NCBI GenBank assembly: GCA_036341255.1
Contig: JAYYWX010000107.1
Coordinates: forward strand, 15,320-79,319
Reading direction: 5' to 3'
Source: Actinomycetota bacterium
Lineage (GTDB): Bacteria > Actinomycetota > Actinomycetes > Propionibacteriales > Nocardioidaceae
Length of the DNA: 64,000 nucleotides
Shown here: positions 1 through 7,833 of the stretch, one piece after another
How the letters are laid out: every line of letters begins with the position of its first letter
Position numbering within the stretch: position 1 is the first letter of the stretch
Program-made: the position numbers and the translations under genes
The notes under the pieces: generated by a model
Told to the model about the DNA's origin: nothing
The model's input: only the letters and a program-made list of their open reading frames with translations
The model's database searches: none

Positions 1-768
1 GAGCGCGAGGTCGGCCTTGACGCCGAGGTCACCGGGGCCGGCGTCGAGGACGTCGCCCTCCGCACTGATGAAGCTCGGGCCGTCCGCGGCCGACGGCGTC
101 GCGAAGCCGTCGTCGCTGAGGTGGGCGAGCGTGGTGGTGCTGCCCGTCTGCAGCGTGACGACCTCGTTCCCGCCCGTCGGCTCGACGTCGAGGTCCGCGA
201 CCCGGCGGTAGTTGACGTCCGTGCCCACGCCCGAGGTGTTCTCGATCTCGACGTCGACGGCGTAGACCCCCTCCTGCGAGGTCGGCCGGTAGAAGTGCGT
301 GACCTCGAGGACCCCGCCGACGTCCACGACGGACCTGACCGTCTGGTCGCTCCCGTCGGTCCCCTGGCCCACGGTGAACTCGACCAGCGTCAGGCCGTCG
401 CTGCTGCCGCCGGCGACCTTCCCCTCGGTGCTGGACTCGGTGTGCACGACGCCCCAGCCCTCGGAGGGTGCCCCGTTGCCCGTGGCCCCGGCGAGCCCGT
501 CGCTGGGCGTGCTCCCGGCGTACCCGAAGGCCAGGCCGGTGCCCAGCGCCTCCGGGTCGAGGTTGCCGAAGCAGCCGACGCCGAGCGAGATCGGCTCCTT
601 GCCGACGACGGCACCGTCGGTGCACGTCGCGGCCGCCAGCGCCGGCGCGGCCAGCGGCCCGGTCAGCGGGGCGACCACGAGGGTGCCGAGCAGCATCGCG
701 GTGGAGACCGGTGCGGCGAGGAGGGAGCGCACGCGTGGCGTGCGCGCGCGGGCGGGCGAAGGCGTCAT
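1..768 (-). CDS. Secreted/surface protein of unknown function, N-terminal part only (runs off the window start)
   Basis: Not in the ORF track. ATG at 768 preceded by GAGGT; open frame to base 1. Reads [49 protein letters not shown] (signal peptide-like), then a Gly/Thr/Asp-rich region including [12 protein letters not shown] and SDDGFATP. Confidence 0.75.
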   Translation of the reverse strand, partial: MTPSPARARTPRVRSLLAAPVSTAMLLGTLVVAPLTGPLAAPALAAATCTDGAVVGKEPISLGVGCFGNLDPEALGTGLAFGYAGSTPSDGLAGATGNGAPSEGWGVVHTESSTEGKVAGGSSDGLTLVEFTVGQGTDGSDQTVRSVVDVGGVLEVTHFYRPTSQEGVYAVDVEIENTSGVGTDVNYRRVADLDVEPTGGNEVVTLQTGSTTTLAHLSDDGFATPSAADGPSFISAEGDVLDAGPGDLGVKADLAL

Positions 769-1157
769 GGGGGACCTCGGGGAGTGGGACGTCGTCGGCG
801 TACGGCCTTCGGACCCTAGGAAGAGGTCTCTTCACCCCGCGAGGGCCGAGCGGGGATCTGGTCGTGATCTGGCCCGGTCGAGGGATGGTCCAGACGACCC
901 GATCGGGCCATGGGTGTCCTCCGAAGTCGTCAGGCGGACGTGGGGCGAGCCCCGCTAGGCGCGCGCGGCGATGCTCGACCCGGAGTGGCGTGCGTCACGT
1001 CGGCGGTCCGAGGGCTGCTCCCCCTGCGCGTTTCGCTGCGATGTGCGCGAGACTGTCCCCGGCTCCCGGGGCGGGGGCACGCCCGGACGCGCCGCGCGGC
1101 GGGTGGACACACAAGCAGACCGCGGCCGGACGACCCGGTCACGACACGGAGGCAGAC

Positions 1158-1649
1158 GTGCTCGAGTTCGACGTCCTGGTGGAGATCCCCAAGGGGGAGC
1201 GCAACAAGTACGAGGTCGACCACGAGTCCGGGCGACTGCGCCTGGACCGGACCCTGTTCACCTCCACGCAGTACCCCGCCGACTACGGCTACATCGAGGA
1301 CACCCTCGGCCAGGACGGCGACCCGCTCGACGCGCTGGTCATCCTCCAGCAGCCGACGTTCCCCGGCTGCCTGATCAAGTGCCGCGCCATCGGCATGTTC
1401 CGCATGACCGACGAGGCCGGCGGCGACGACAAGGTCCTCTGCGTCCCGGCCGCCGACCCGCGCCTGGAGCACCTGCGCGACATCTCCCACGTGTCGAAGT
1501 TCGACCGCCTGGAGATCCAGCACTTCTTCGAGGTCTACAAGGACCTCGAGCCCGGCAAGTCCGTCGAGGGCGCTGAGTGGGTCGGCCGCACCGAGGCCGA
1601 GGCCGAGGTCGTCGCGTCGTTCGAGCGGTTCAAGAAGAACGGCCACTGA
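1158..1649 (+). CDS. ppa: Inorganic pyrophosphatase
   Basis: GTG after GGAGG; motifs [39 protein letters not shown]. Confidence 0.97.
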   Translation: MLEFDVLVEIPKGERNKYEVDHESGRLRLDRTLFTSTQYPADYGYIEDTLGQDGDPLDALVILQQPTFPGCLIKCRAIGMFRMTDEAGGDDKVLCVPAADPRLEHLRDISHVSKFDRLEIQHFFEVYKDLEPGKSVEGAEWVGRTEAEAEVVASFERFKKNGH

Positions 1650-1663
1650 GCCTCGTCGCTCGC

Positions 1664-1746
1664 GCCGGGTTTGTCGGCTGGCCGACAAACCCGGCCATGA
1701 GACGGCGAATATCCGTCGTCCACCTTCCGGGTTTCTGACACGACCT
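1664..1746. repeat. Left structured inverted repeat
   Basis: Hairpin GCCGGGTTTGTCGGC-TG-GCCGACAAACCCGGC (1664-1695), then TGAGACG...CGTCGTC, then a further CCGGGTTT at 1727-1734. Confidence 0.9.
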
Positions 1747-1751
1747 CGTGG

Positions 1752-2687
1752 CTACGCCGTGCGATTGAGCGCGCGCTCCAGCCGAGCTCGGGTCTCAGGC
1801 CAGCGGTACAGGTCCTTCCACACGAAGCGCAACATGCGGTACCCGGTGATCTCACGCATGGCGTCCTCGCGCGCTTTCTCGCGCATGACCATCTGCTCGA
1901 TGGACTCCCCCTGCCGCCGGTAGCGGTGGTACTTCTCCTGGCCATCAGCTTCACCTAGGACACCGCGGTCCGGCCACGCGAAGTCCGATCGACCCGCCAG
2001 CGCCCCCGACGGGTGCAGCACCTCGAACTGGAGCTGCGGCATGGGAAGCGATGACTCTCCGATCCGTAGTCTGATGAGGGTCTCGAGCACGCTCTCCGAG
2101 CGCCCGTCGGCCAGTCCGATCTTGAGTGCCAGGTCGAGGTGGTCGGGCCAGGTCACGCGGCGGGCGAGATGCGCCCGGAGCTCATCGGTCCCGACGCCCC
2201 CGAAGCGCAGGAACCAGTCCAGGACGCAGATCGCTCCATCGTGGCGGGACACCGCCGCAGCGTCGAGTGCCGTCCTGACCGGGCTGGTGATCCATCGGCC
2301 GTGCGATCGAGTGATGTCGTCCAGTCGTACCCCGCCGTGGTGGTGGGTGACCGACGCACGGATGCGGTCTCCACGAGGGAACAGGTTGGTGAGGTGGGCC
2401 GTGCGCAGGTCCAGGTCGTGGGCCGGGGCACCGTGCTCCAACGCAGCGCTGACGTGCGAGAGGGCCACCCTGTCGTCGTAGCGGCGCCACACCCCGTGAG
2501 CGAGCATGCGGTGGCGTTGTCGCGAGTCCGCCGCCTGCCATCGAGGCCCCAGGACGTCGACGCCCTGACGGATGCGCACGAGCGACCCCCGTCGGCGAAG
2601 CTTGCTGATGGCGGAGTCGTCGACACCCGCCGCGACGAGGTCGCGACGCAGGACGACGCCCAGGTGATCGGCGAGGTGTTCAATCAT
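1752..2687 (-). CDS. AbiEi-type N-terminal HTH protein with C-terminal DUF559/Vsr-like PD-(D/E)XK nuclease domain
   Basis: ATG at 2687 after GAGGT. N-terminus GVVLRRDLVAAG...GSLVRIRQGV, SHVSAALEHG, TSPVRTALD; C-terminus SESVLET, PQLQFEV, RSDFAWP, GEADGQEKY, EKAREDAMR, RFVWKDL. Confidence 0.85.
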   Translation of the reverse strand: MIEHLADHLGVVLRRDLVAAGVDDSAISKLRRRGSLVRIRQGVDVLGPRWQAADSRQRHRMLAHGVWRRYDDRVALSHVSAALEHGAPAHDLDLRTAHLTNLFPRGDRIRASVTHHHGGVRLDDITRSHGRWITSPVRTALDAAAVSRHDGAICVLDWFLRFGGVGTDELRAHLARRVTWPDHLDLALKIGLADGRSESVLETLIRLRIGESSLPMPQLQFEVLHPSGALAGRSDFAWPDRGVLGEADGQEKYHRYRRQGESIEQMVMREKAREDAMREITGYRMLRFVWKDLYRWPETRARLERALNRTA

Positions 2688-2788
2688 CGCACCAACCTCG
2701 CGCACCGGACCCGGCCGATGGTCGGGCCCGTCGCTGCCTGTGGACGGCGGCGCTACGCGGCGTGGCTGTGCAGGGGCGGCGGCCCGGT

Positions 2789-2816
2789 CAGCGGGCAGCG
2801 GGCAGCGGGCAGCGGG
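2789..2816. repeat. 7-bp tandem repeat (CAGCGGG)x4
   Basis: Read directly; lies between the right inverted repeat and the start of the nuclease gene. Confidence 0.9.
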
Positions 2817-2820
2817 CGCC

Positions 2821-2903
2821 AGGTTCCGAACACAACCCGGTAGTCCGACGACGAAGTTCTGTCGTCTCACTCCCGGGTTTGTCGGCCAGCCGACAAACCC
2901 GGC
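2821..2903. repeat. Right structured inverted repeat
   Basis: AACCCGG (2834-2840), GACGACG...CGTCTCA, then hairpin CCGGGTTTGTCGGC-CA-GCCGACAAACCCGG (2873-2902). Confidence 0.9.
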
Positions 2904-2922
2904 CGCGGCGCCCCGATGAGCC

Positions 2923-3594
2923 TCACGCCTCCCGCACGCCCCGGAAGTACCCCAGCGCGCCGGAGACCTCGAGCGTCACCGACCCCACGCCGGCCCGGGT
3001 GAGCCACTGCACCAGCTCATCGGAGGTGCACATCGGCCCCAGGAGGCCGGCGGCTCGACCGACCCGACGCAGCGCCTCGAAGCGCAGACCGGTGTCGAGC
3101 AGCAGCGTCGAGCCGACGACCACGCCACCGGGACGCAGCACCCGCCCCATCTCGGCCACCGCGGCCTCGGGGTCGGGGAAGCAGTGCAGCCCGGTCAGGC
3201 TCACCACCAGGTCGTACGACGCATCGTCGAAGCCCAGCGCCCCCGCATCGGCCCGCGTGGGGCTGACCAGGTGGTCGACGCCGCGGGCACGTGCGGCGTC
3301 CATGGTCCGCGCGAGCATCTCGGGGGCGATGTCGGCGGCGACGTAGGTGACCCGCTGCCCCGACCGCAGGCCGCGCAGCGCGACCCCGCCCCCGCAGGGC
3401 AGGTCGAGCACCCGCGCACCGGCCGGCAGCTCGCTGATCTCGTCGCACACGGCGTACAACCGGCGCAGGTCGCTCTGCAGACCCAGCGCCCACGCCGGCC
3501 GCCCCACCACGGGGTGCTCGACCATGAAGTCGTAGACCACGCCCCACAGGGGGTCGGCCCCCCAGCCACCGGACACCCGCGCGAGCAGACCCAT
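2923..3594 (-). CDS. Class I SAM-dependent methyltransferase
   Basis: VLDLPCGGG, ADIAPEM, DAGALGFDDASYDLV, RVLRPGG. Confidence 0.9.
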   Translation of the reverse strand: MGLLARVSGGWGADPLWGVVYDFMVEHPVVGRPAWALGLQSDLRRLYAVCDEISELPAGARVLDLPCGGGVALRGLRSGQRVTYVAADIAPEMLARTMDAARARGVDHLVSPTRADAGALGFDDASYDLVVSLTGLHCFPDPEAAVAEMGRVLRPGGVVVGSTLLLDTGLRFEALRRVGRAAGLLGPMCTSDELVQWLTRAGVGSVTLEVSGALGYFRGVREA

Positions 3595-3612
3595 GGTGGA
3601 GTGATACCAGGC

Positions 3613-5655
3613 TCAGCCCTTCATCGGAACGAGGTCGCCGATCAGCTCGGGCGAGCGCAGCATCTCCTCGGGCACCCCGAACGCCTCGACGAGGTCGCCG
3701 GCGAGGGGGCGCACCTTGCGGCACAGCGAGGACACCTCGCGACGGATCGCCTTGGACCGCTGGACCGAGAGCCGTCCGTGCTCCATGAACCAGGCGCTGT
3801 CGGCCTCGATGCCCGAGAGCGCGTGCAGGTCGCACAGCAGGTTGAGCGCCACCTTGAGGTCACCGTCGGGAAGCGCCCGGGTCCTCTCGACGAAGGCCTC
3901 GAGCACCAGGCGCTCCATGTGCGCCCTCGCAGCCCCGATGACGTGGTCCTGCACGCGGGAGAAGACCACGCCCGGGTCCATCTTGTTGTCGATGCCGCGC
4001 TTGAGGCGCCGGGCGGCGCCGCTGATCATGTGCTCCTCACGGAAGCGGTACATCGCCAGCTGGTACTCCGGGTCCAGCAGACCGGCCTCCTGGTCCCACT
4101 CCTCGCCACCGGGCAGCAGGTCGCGCACCCTCTCCAGCAGGCCGTGCACCCGGGTCTTCTCGACCACGGTGTCGACGGCCAGCCCGGCCACGAAGCGGAC
4201 CAGCCCGAACTGGTCCATGTCCTCGAAGTCGCTGGCGTAGTCGGTCAGCAGGCCCTTGGCGACCAGCTGCAGCAGGACGTGGTTGTCCCCCTCGAAGGTC
4301 GTGAACACGTCGGTGTCGGCCTTCAGCGCGGCGAAGCGGTTCTCGGCGAGGTAGCCGGCACCGCCACAGGCCTCGCGGCACTCCTGGATGGTGCGCGTGG
4401 CGTGCCAGGTGCCGAGCGCCTTGGTGCCCGCGGCGCGCGACTCGAGCTCGCGCTGGGTCTGCTCGTCCTCGCGGACGCCGGTCAGGACGTCGTGCAGGTT
4501 GGCGGACAGGACGTCCTGGGCGAAGTGCAGGGCGTAGGTGCGCGCGAGCAGCGGCAGCAGCCGGCGCTGGTGCATGCCGTAGTCGAGCAGCAGCTCCTCC
4601 TCCTCGCCGCTGGCCTCGAACTGGCGCCGCTGCAGGGCGTACCTCACCGCGATCGTCAGGGCGACCTTGGCGGCGTTGATGCCCGCACCACCCACGCAGA
4701 CCCGGCCCTGGATAAGGGTGCCGAGCATCGTGAAGAAGCGCCGGTTGGGGTTCTCGATCTCGGACTCGTAGACCCCGCTGGGGGTGACGTCGGCGAAGCG
4801 GTTGAGGAGGTTGTCCCGCGGCACCCGCACCTCGTCGAACCACAGCCGCCCGTTGTCGACGCCGTTGAGGCCCATCTTCAGCCCGTCGTCGGCGATCGTG
4901 ACGCCGGGCGCCGGCACCAGCTCGCCCGCGTCGTCACGCACCCGGATCGGCACGACGAACGCGTGCACGCCGCGACCCTCGCCGCCGACCTCGAGCTGGG
5001 CGAAGACCACGGCCAGCTCGCCGTGCTCCGCGGCGTTGCCGATGTAGTCCTTGCGGGCGTCCTCACGCGTCGTGGTGATCACGAACTCCTGGGTCGCCAC
5101 GTCGTAGGTCGCCACGGTGCCCAACGCCTGCACGTTGGAGCCGTGCCCGGTCTCGGTCATCGCGAAGCAGCCCATCAGCTCGCCGGTGACGATCTTGCGG
5201 AGGTACGCCTCGTGGTGCCGCTCGGTGCCCAGCTGCAGGATCGCGCCGCCGAACAGGCCGAACTGCACGCCCACCTTCACCAGCACCGACAGGTCGCCGA
5301 ACGACAGCGTCTCGAACGCCGCGATGGAGGCGCCGATGTCCCCGCCACCGCCGTACTCCTCGGGGAAGCCCATCCCGGTCTGCCCGGTCGAGGCCATCTC
5401 GACCACCAGCTCCTTGACCCGCTCGCGGTAGTCCTCACGCGAGAGCGTCTCGGCGTCGGTGAGGATGGAGGAGTACGTCGCCAGGTTGCTGCGCACGAGG
5501 TTGCGCACCTCGGCGTAGCGGCCGTCGAGCAGCCGGGTCAGGGCGGGCACATCGACCTCGGGCTGCACGTAGCCGCTGCTGGAGCCGCTGCTGGAGCCGG
5601 GCTCGGAGGCCGCGTCGGTGGGGGTCACGGTGTCGGTAGCCACGACCTCGAACAT
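3613..5655 (-). CDS. Acyl-CoA oxidase / acyl-CoA dehydrogenase family protein
   Basis: GCFAMTETGHGSNV, KDYIGNAA, GLNGVDNG, RRQF, CREACGGAGY, TFEGDN; exact start uncertain (5643-5679). Confidence 0.9.
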   Translation of the reverse strand: MFEVVATDTVTPTDAASEPGSSSGSSSGYVQPEVDVPALTRLLDGRYAEVRNLVRSNLATYSSILTDAETLSREDYRERVKELVVEMASTGQTGMGFPEEYGGGGDIGASIAAFETLSFGDLSVLVKVGVQFGLFGGAILQLGTERHHEAYLRKIVTGELMGCFAMTETGHGSNVQALGTVATYDVATQEFVITTTREDARKDYIGNAAEHGELAVVFAQLEVGGEGRGVHAFVVPIRVRDDAGELVPAPGVTIADDGLKMGLNGVDNGRLWFDEVRVPRDNLLNRFADVTPSGVYESEIENPNRRFFTMLGTLIQGRVCVGGAGINAAKVALTIAVRYALQRRQFEASGEEEELLLDYGMHQRRLLPLLARTYALHFAQDVLSANLHDVLTGVREDEQTQRELESRAAGTKALGTWHATRTIQECREACGGAGYLAENRFAALKADTDVFTTFEGDNHVLLQLVAKGLLTDYASDFEDMDQFGLVRFVAGLAVDTVVEKTRVHGLLERVRDLLPGGEEWDQEAGLLDPEYQLAMYRFREEHMISGAARRLKRGIDNKMDPGVVFSRVQDHVIGAARAHMERLVLEAFVERTRALPDGDLKVALNLLCDLHALSGIEADSAWFMEHGRLSVQRSKAIRREVSSLCRKVRPLAGDLVEAFGVPEEMLRSPELIGDLVPMKG

Positions 5656-5694
5656 AGCCCTGCGGGCGCGGTCGTTCACCCCCCTCGCGGGCGG

Positions 5695-6735
5695 TCAGTC
5701 CCGGGAGACCGGCACCTTGGAGGTGGTCGTGGTCGGGTGCGAGGCGAGCCCGCCGTGGTCGAACTTCTGCCCCGTCGCCAGGCCGGCGGCGTAGAAGGAG
5801 ACGAAGGCGATCGTGATGCCGGCGATGTCGTCGGCGATGTAGTGCCAGCCGAAGTAGAGGGTCGCCACGACGGTCAACCCGAAGTTGACCCAGAACACGA
5901 TCTTGAGCAGCCGGTTCTGCACGGTGAACTGCACCATCAGCGCCCACAGCAGCGAGATGCCGGTGTGCAGGCTGGCGAAGCCGGCGACCGTCTGGGCCTG
6001 CCCGTCGCCGAAGCGGAAGTTCTGCCGGGCGTTGACCAGCGCGTTCATCAGGTCGGTGGTGCCGGTGTGCGCCAGCTCGTCGTAGAGCCAGTAGTACTCC
6101 AGGCCCGGCCCGAGCGTCGGCAGCGCGTAGTAGGACAGGGTGCCGAGGGTCCACGCGAAGCCCTGCGCGGTGACGAACCACCAGCCGTGGGAGATGTTGC
6201 GCGCCCACACCAGCCAGACGGTCACCAGGATCGCGACCATCGGGATGAACAGCAGGTAGAACGCGGAGAGGAAGTGCGCCACGAAGGTCGTGCCGAGCAG
6301 GTCGTGCAGCACCGGACCGGGCTCGTTGCCGAAGAACAGCGCTCGGTCCAGCAGGTGCAGCTCACGGTCGTACATCCGGTCGCTGACCAGCGGCAGGAAC
6401 GACTTGAGGTTCCGGTAGCAGACGTAGATCACGTAGAAGCCGACGATGCCCAGCATCACCAGCAGCACCCGCTCGCGCGTCCAGTGGCTGCGCAGCCGCT
6501 CGCGCGCGATCTCGATGGCCTGCCGCGGCCGGCCGCCGGAGCCCCACAGCGCGCGCGGCACCAGGTCGAGGGCCAGTGCACCCAGGCAGAGGATCGGCAG
6601 CCGCAGCCACGACGGTCCGAGGAAGCTGCCCTCGGGGTCGATCAGCCGCTTGTCGAGCACCTGCGCGGTGATGATCGCCCACAGCCCGATCGCCAACGAG
6701 GTCGCGACGAGGGCGGAGTAGGCACGGCGGTACAC
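5695..6735 (-). CDS. PAP2-superfamily membrane protein (AUR1/inositol-phosphorylceramide synthase-like)
   Basis: Several TM stretches; PTLGP, GFASLH, HYIADDIAG motifs. Confidence 0.85.
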   Translation of the reverse strand: MYRRAYSALVATSLAIGLWAIITAQVLDKRLIDPEGSFLGPSWLRLPILCLGALALDLVPRALWGSGGRPRQAIEIARERLRSHWTRERVLLVMLGIVGFYVIYVCYRNLKSFLPLVSDRMYDRELHLLDRALFFGNEPGPVLHDLLGTTFVAHFLSAFYLLFIPMVAILVTVWLVWARNISHGWWFVTAQGFAWTLGTLSYYALPTLGPGLEYYWLYDELAHTGTTDLMNALVNARQNFRFGDGQAQTVAGFASLHTGISLLWALMVQFTVQNRLLKIVFWVNFGLTVVATLYFGWHYIADDIAGITIAFVSFYAAGLATGQKFDHGGLASHPTTTTSKVPVSRD

Positions 6736-6779
6736 GCCGGTCAGTGTAGGGGTGCGTCCTCACCCGGCCCGGGCAGCGC

Positions 6780-7799
6780 TCATCGCTCCCGCAGCACTGC
6801 GAGCCGGGTCACGTCGACGCTCAGCGCGACGTCCTCCCCCGGCGCGGTACGCCGGTCCAGCGACGCCACGGCGTCGACCACGCCCACACCGTCCACCTCG
6901 ACCTCGAGCCGCTGCTGCTCCGGCGTCGAGCGCAGCGACCGCACCCGTCCGGTCAGGGCACCGGTGTCCTCCACGCGCAGCGCCGAGCGTCGTACGGCGA
7001 CGGCGGCCGCCTCCGGGGCACCGGCCGCGGCCAGCACGGCCGTGGCGGCCGACCCGCGCAGGACCCGCGCGTAGCCGAGGAACAGCGCCGTCTCGGCATC
7101 GACAGGTGCCCGCCACACCTCGTCGATGGGGCCCTCCTGCACCAGCAGCCCGTCACGCATCACCGCGAGCCGGTCCGCCACGGTGAAGGCCTCCTCGTGG
7201 TCGTGGGTGACCATCACCGCGGTGCTGCCGGAGTCGGCCAGGATCTGGCGCAGCTCGAGCGCGAGCCGCCGCCGCAGCCCGGCGTCGAGCGCCGAGAGCG
7301 GCTCGTCGAGCAGCAGCAGCCGCGGCTCGTGGGCCAGGCTGCGGGCCAGGGCCACCCGCTGCCGCTCGCCGCCGGACAGGGTGCGGGGCAGCCGCTCGGC
7401 GTACCCCTCGAGGCCCACCAGCGCGAGCAGCTCCTCGACCCGGCGCCGCTCGCCCGCACGACCTCCACCCACGGCTCGACCGGCCCCGCCCCGGCGCCGC
7501 AGCCGGAGGGCGTAGCCCACGTTGCGGGCGACGGTGAGGTGGTCGAAGAGCTGGCCGTCCTGGAACATCAGCGCGAAGCCGCGGCGGTGCGTGGGCAGGT
7601 GGGACACGTCCTCCCCGTCCCACGCGACCTCGCCGCTGGCCTGCTCCAGCCCGGCGACGCCGCGCAGCAGCGTGGACTTGCCGCAGCCCGACGGGCCGAG
7701 CACCGCGAGCACCTGGCCGTCCGGGACGCTCAGCGAGACCCCGCGCACCGCGGGGACGTCGTCGTAGGCGACCTGCAGGTCGCGGATCGTGAGCGTCAT
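6780..7799 (-). CDS. Thiamine ABC transporter ATP-binding subunit (ThiQ-like)
   Basis: GPSGCGKST, LSGGERQR, LLLLDEP, VTHD; last gene of the TPP-riboswitch operon. Confidence 0.9.
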   Translation of the reverse strand: MTLTIRDLQVAYDDVPAVRGVSLSVPDGQVLAVLGPSGCGKSTLLRGVAGLEQASGEVAWDGEDVSHLPTHRRGFALMFQDGQLFDHLTVARNVGYALRLRRRGGAGRAVGGGRAGERRRVEELLALVGLEGYAERLPRTLSGGERQRVALARSLAHEPRLLLLDEPLSALDAGLRRRLALELRQILADSGSTAVMVTHDHEEAFTVADRLAVMRDGLLVQEGPIDEVWRAPVDAETALFLGYARVLRGSAATAVLAAAGAPEAAAVAVRRSALRVEDTGALTGRVRSLRSTPEQQRLEVEVDGVGVVDAVASLDRRTAPGEDVALSVDVTRLAVLRER

Positions 7800-7833
7800 G
7801 CCGTCCTCCATGGCCGGGTCATCGCCGTCGTCC

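Larger units (their letters stand above)
1647..2925. mobile_element. Candidate REP/REPIN-like element: nuclease gene bounded by long imperfect inverted repeats and an 8-bp direct repeat
   Basis: Left arm 1664-1746 is the imperfect reverse complement of right arm 2821-2903; TGAGCCTC occurs at 1647-1654 and 2917-2924; one internal gene. Confidence 0.55.

Noticed and set aside
1752-2687. Complete type IV AbiE toxin-antitoxin system
   Set aside because: No AbiEii nucleotidyltransferase gene is adjacent; the neighbours are ppa and a methyltransferase.
3184-7074. 1296-aa plus-strand ORF
   Set aside because: Antisense shadow of the acyl-CoA oxidase and PAP2 genes; stop-poor frames are expected at this GC content.
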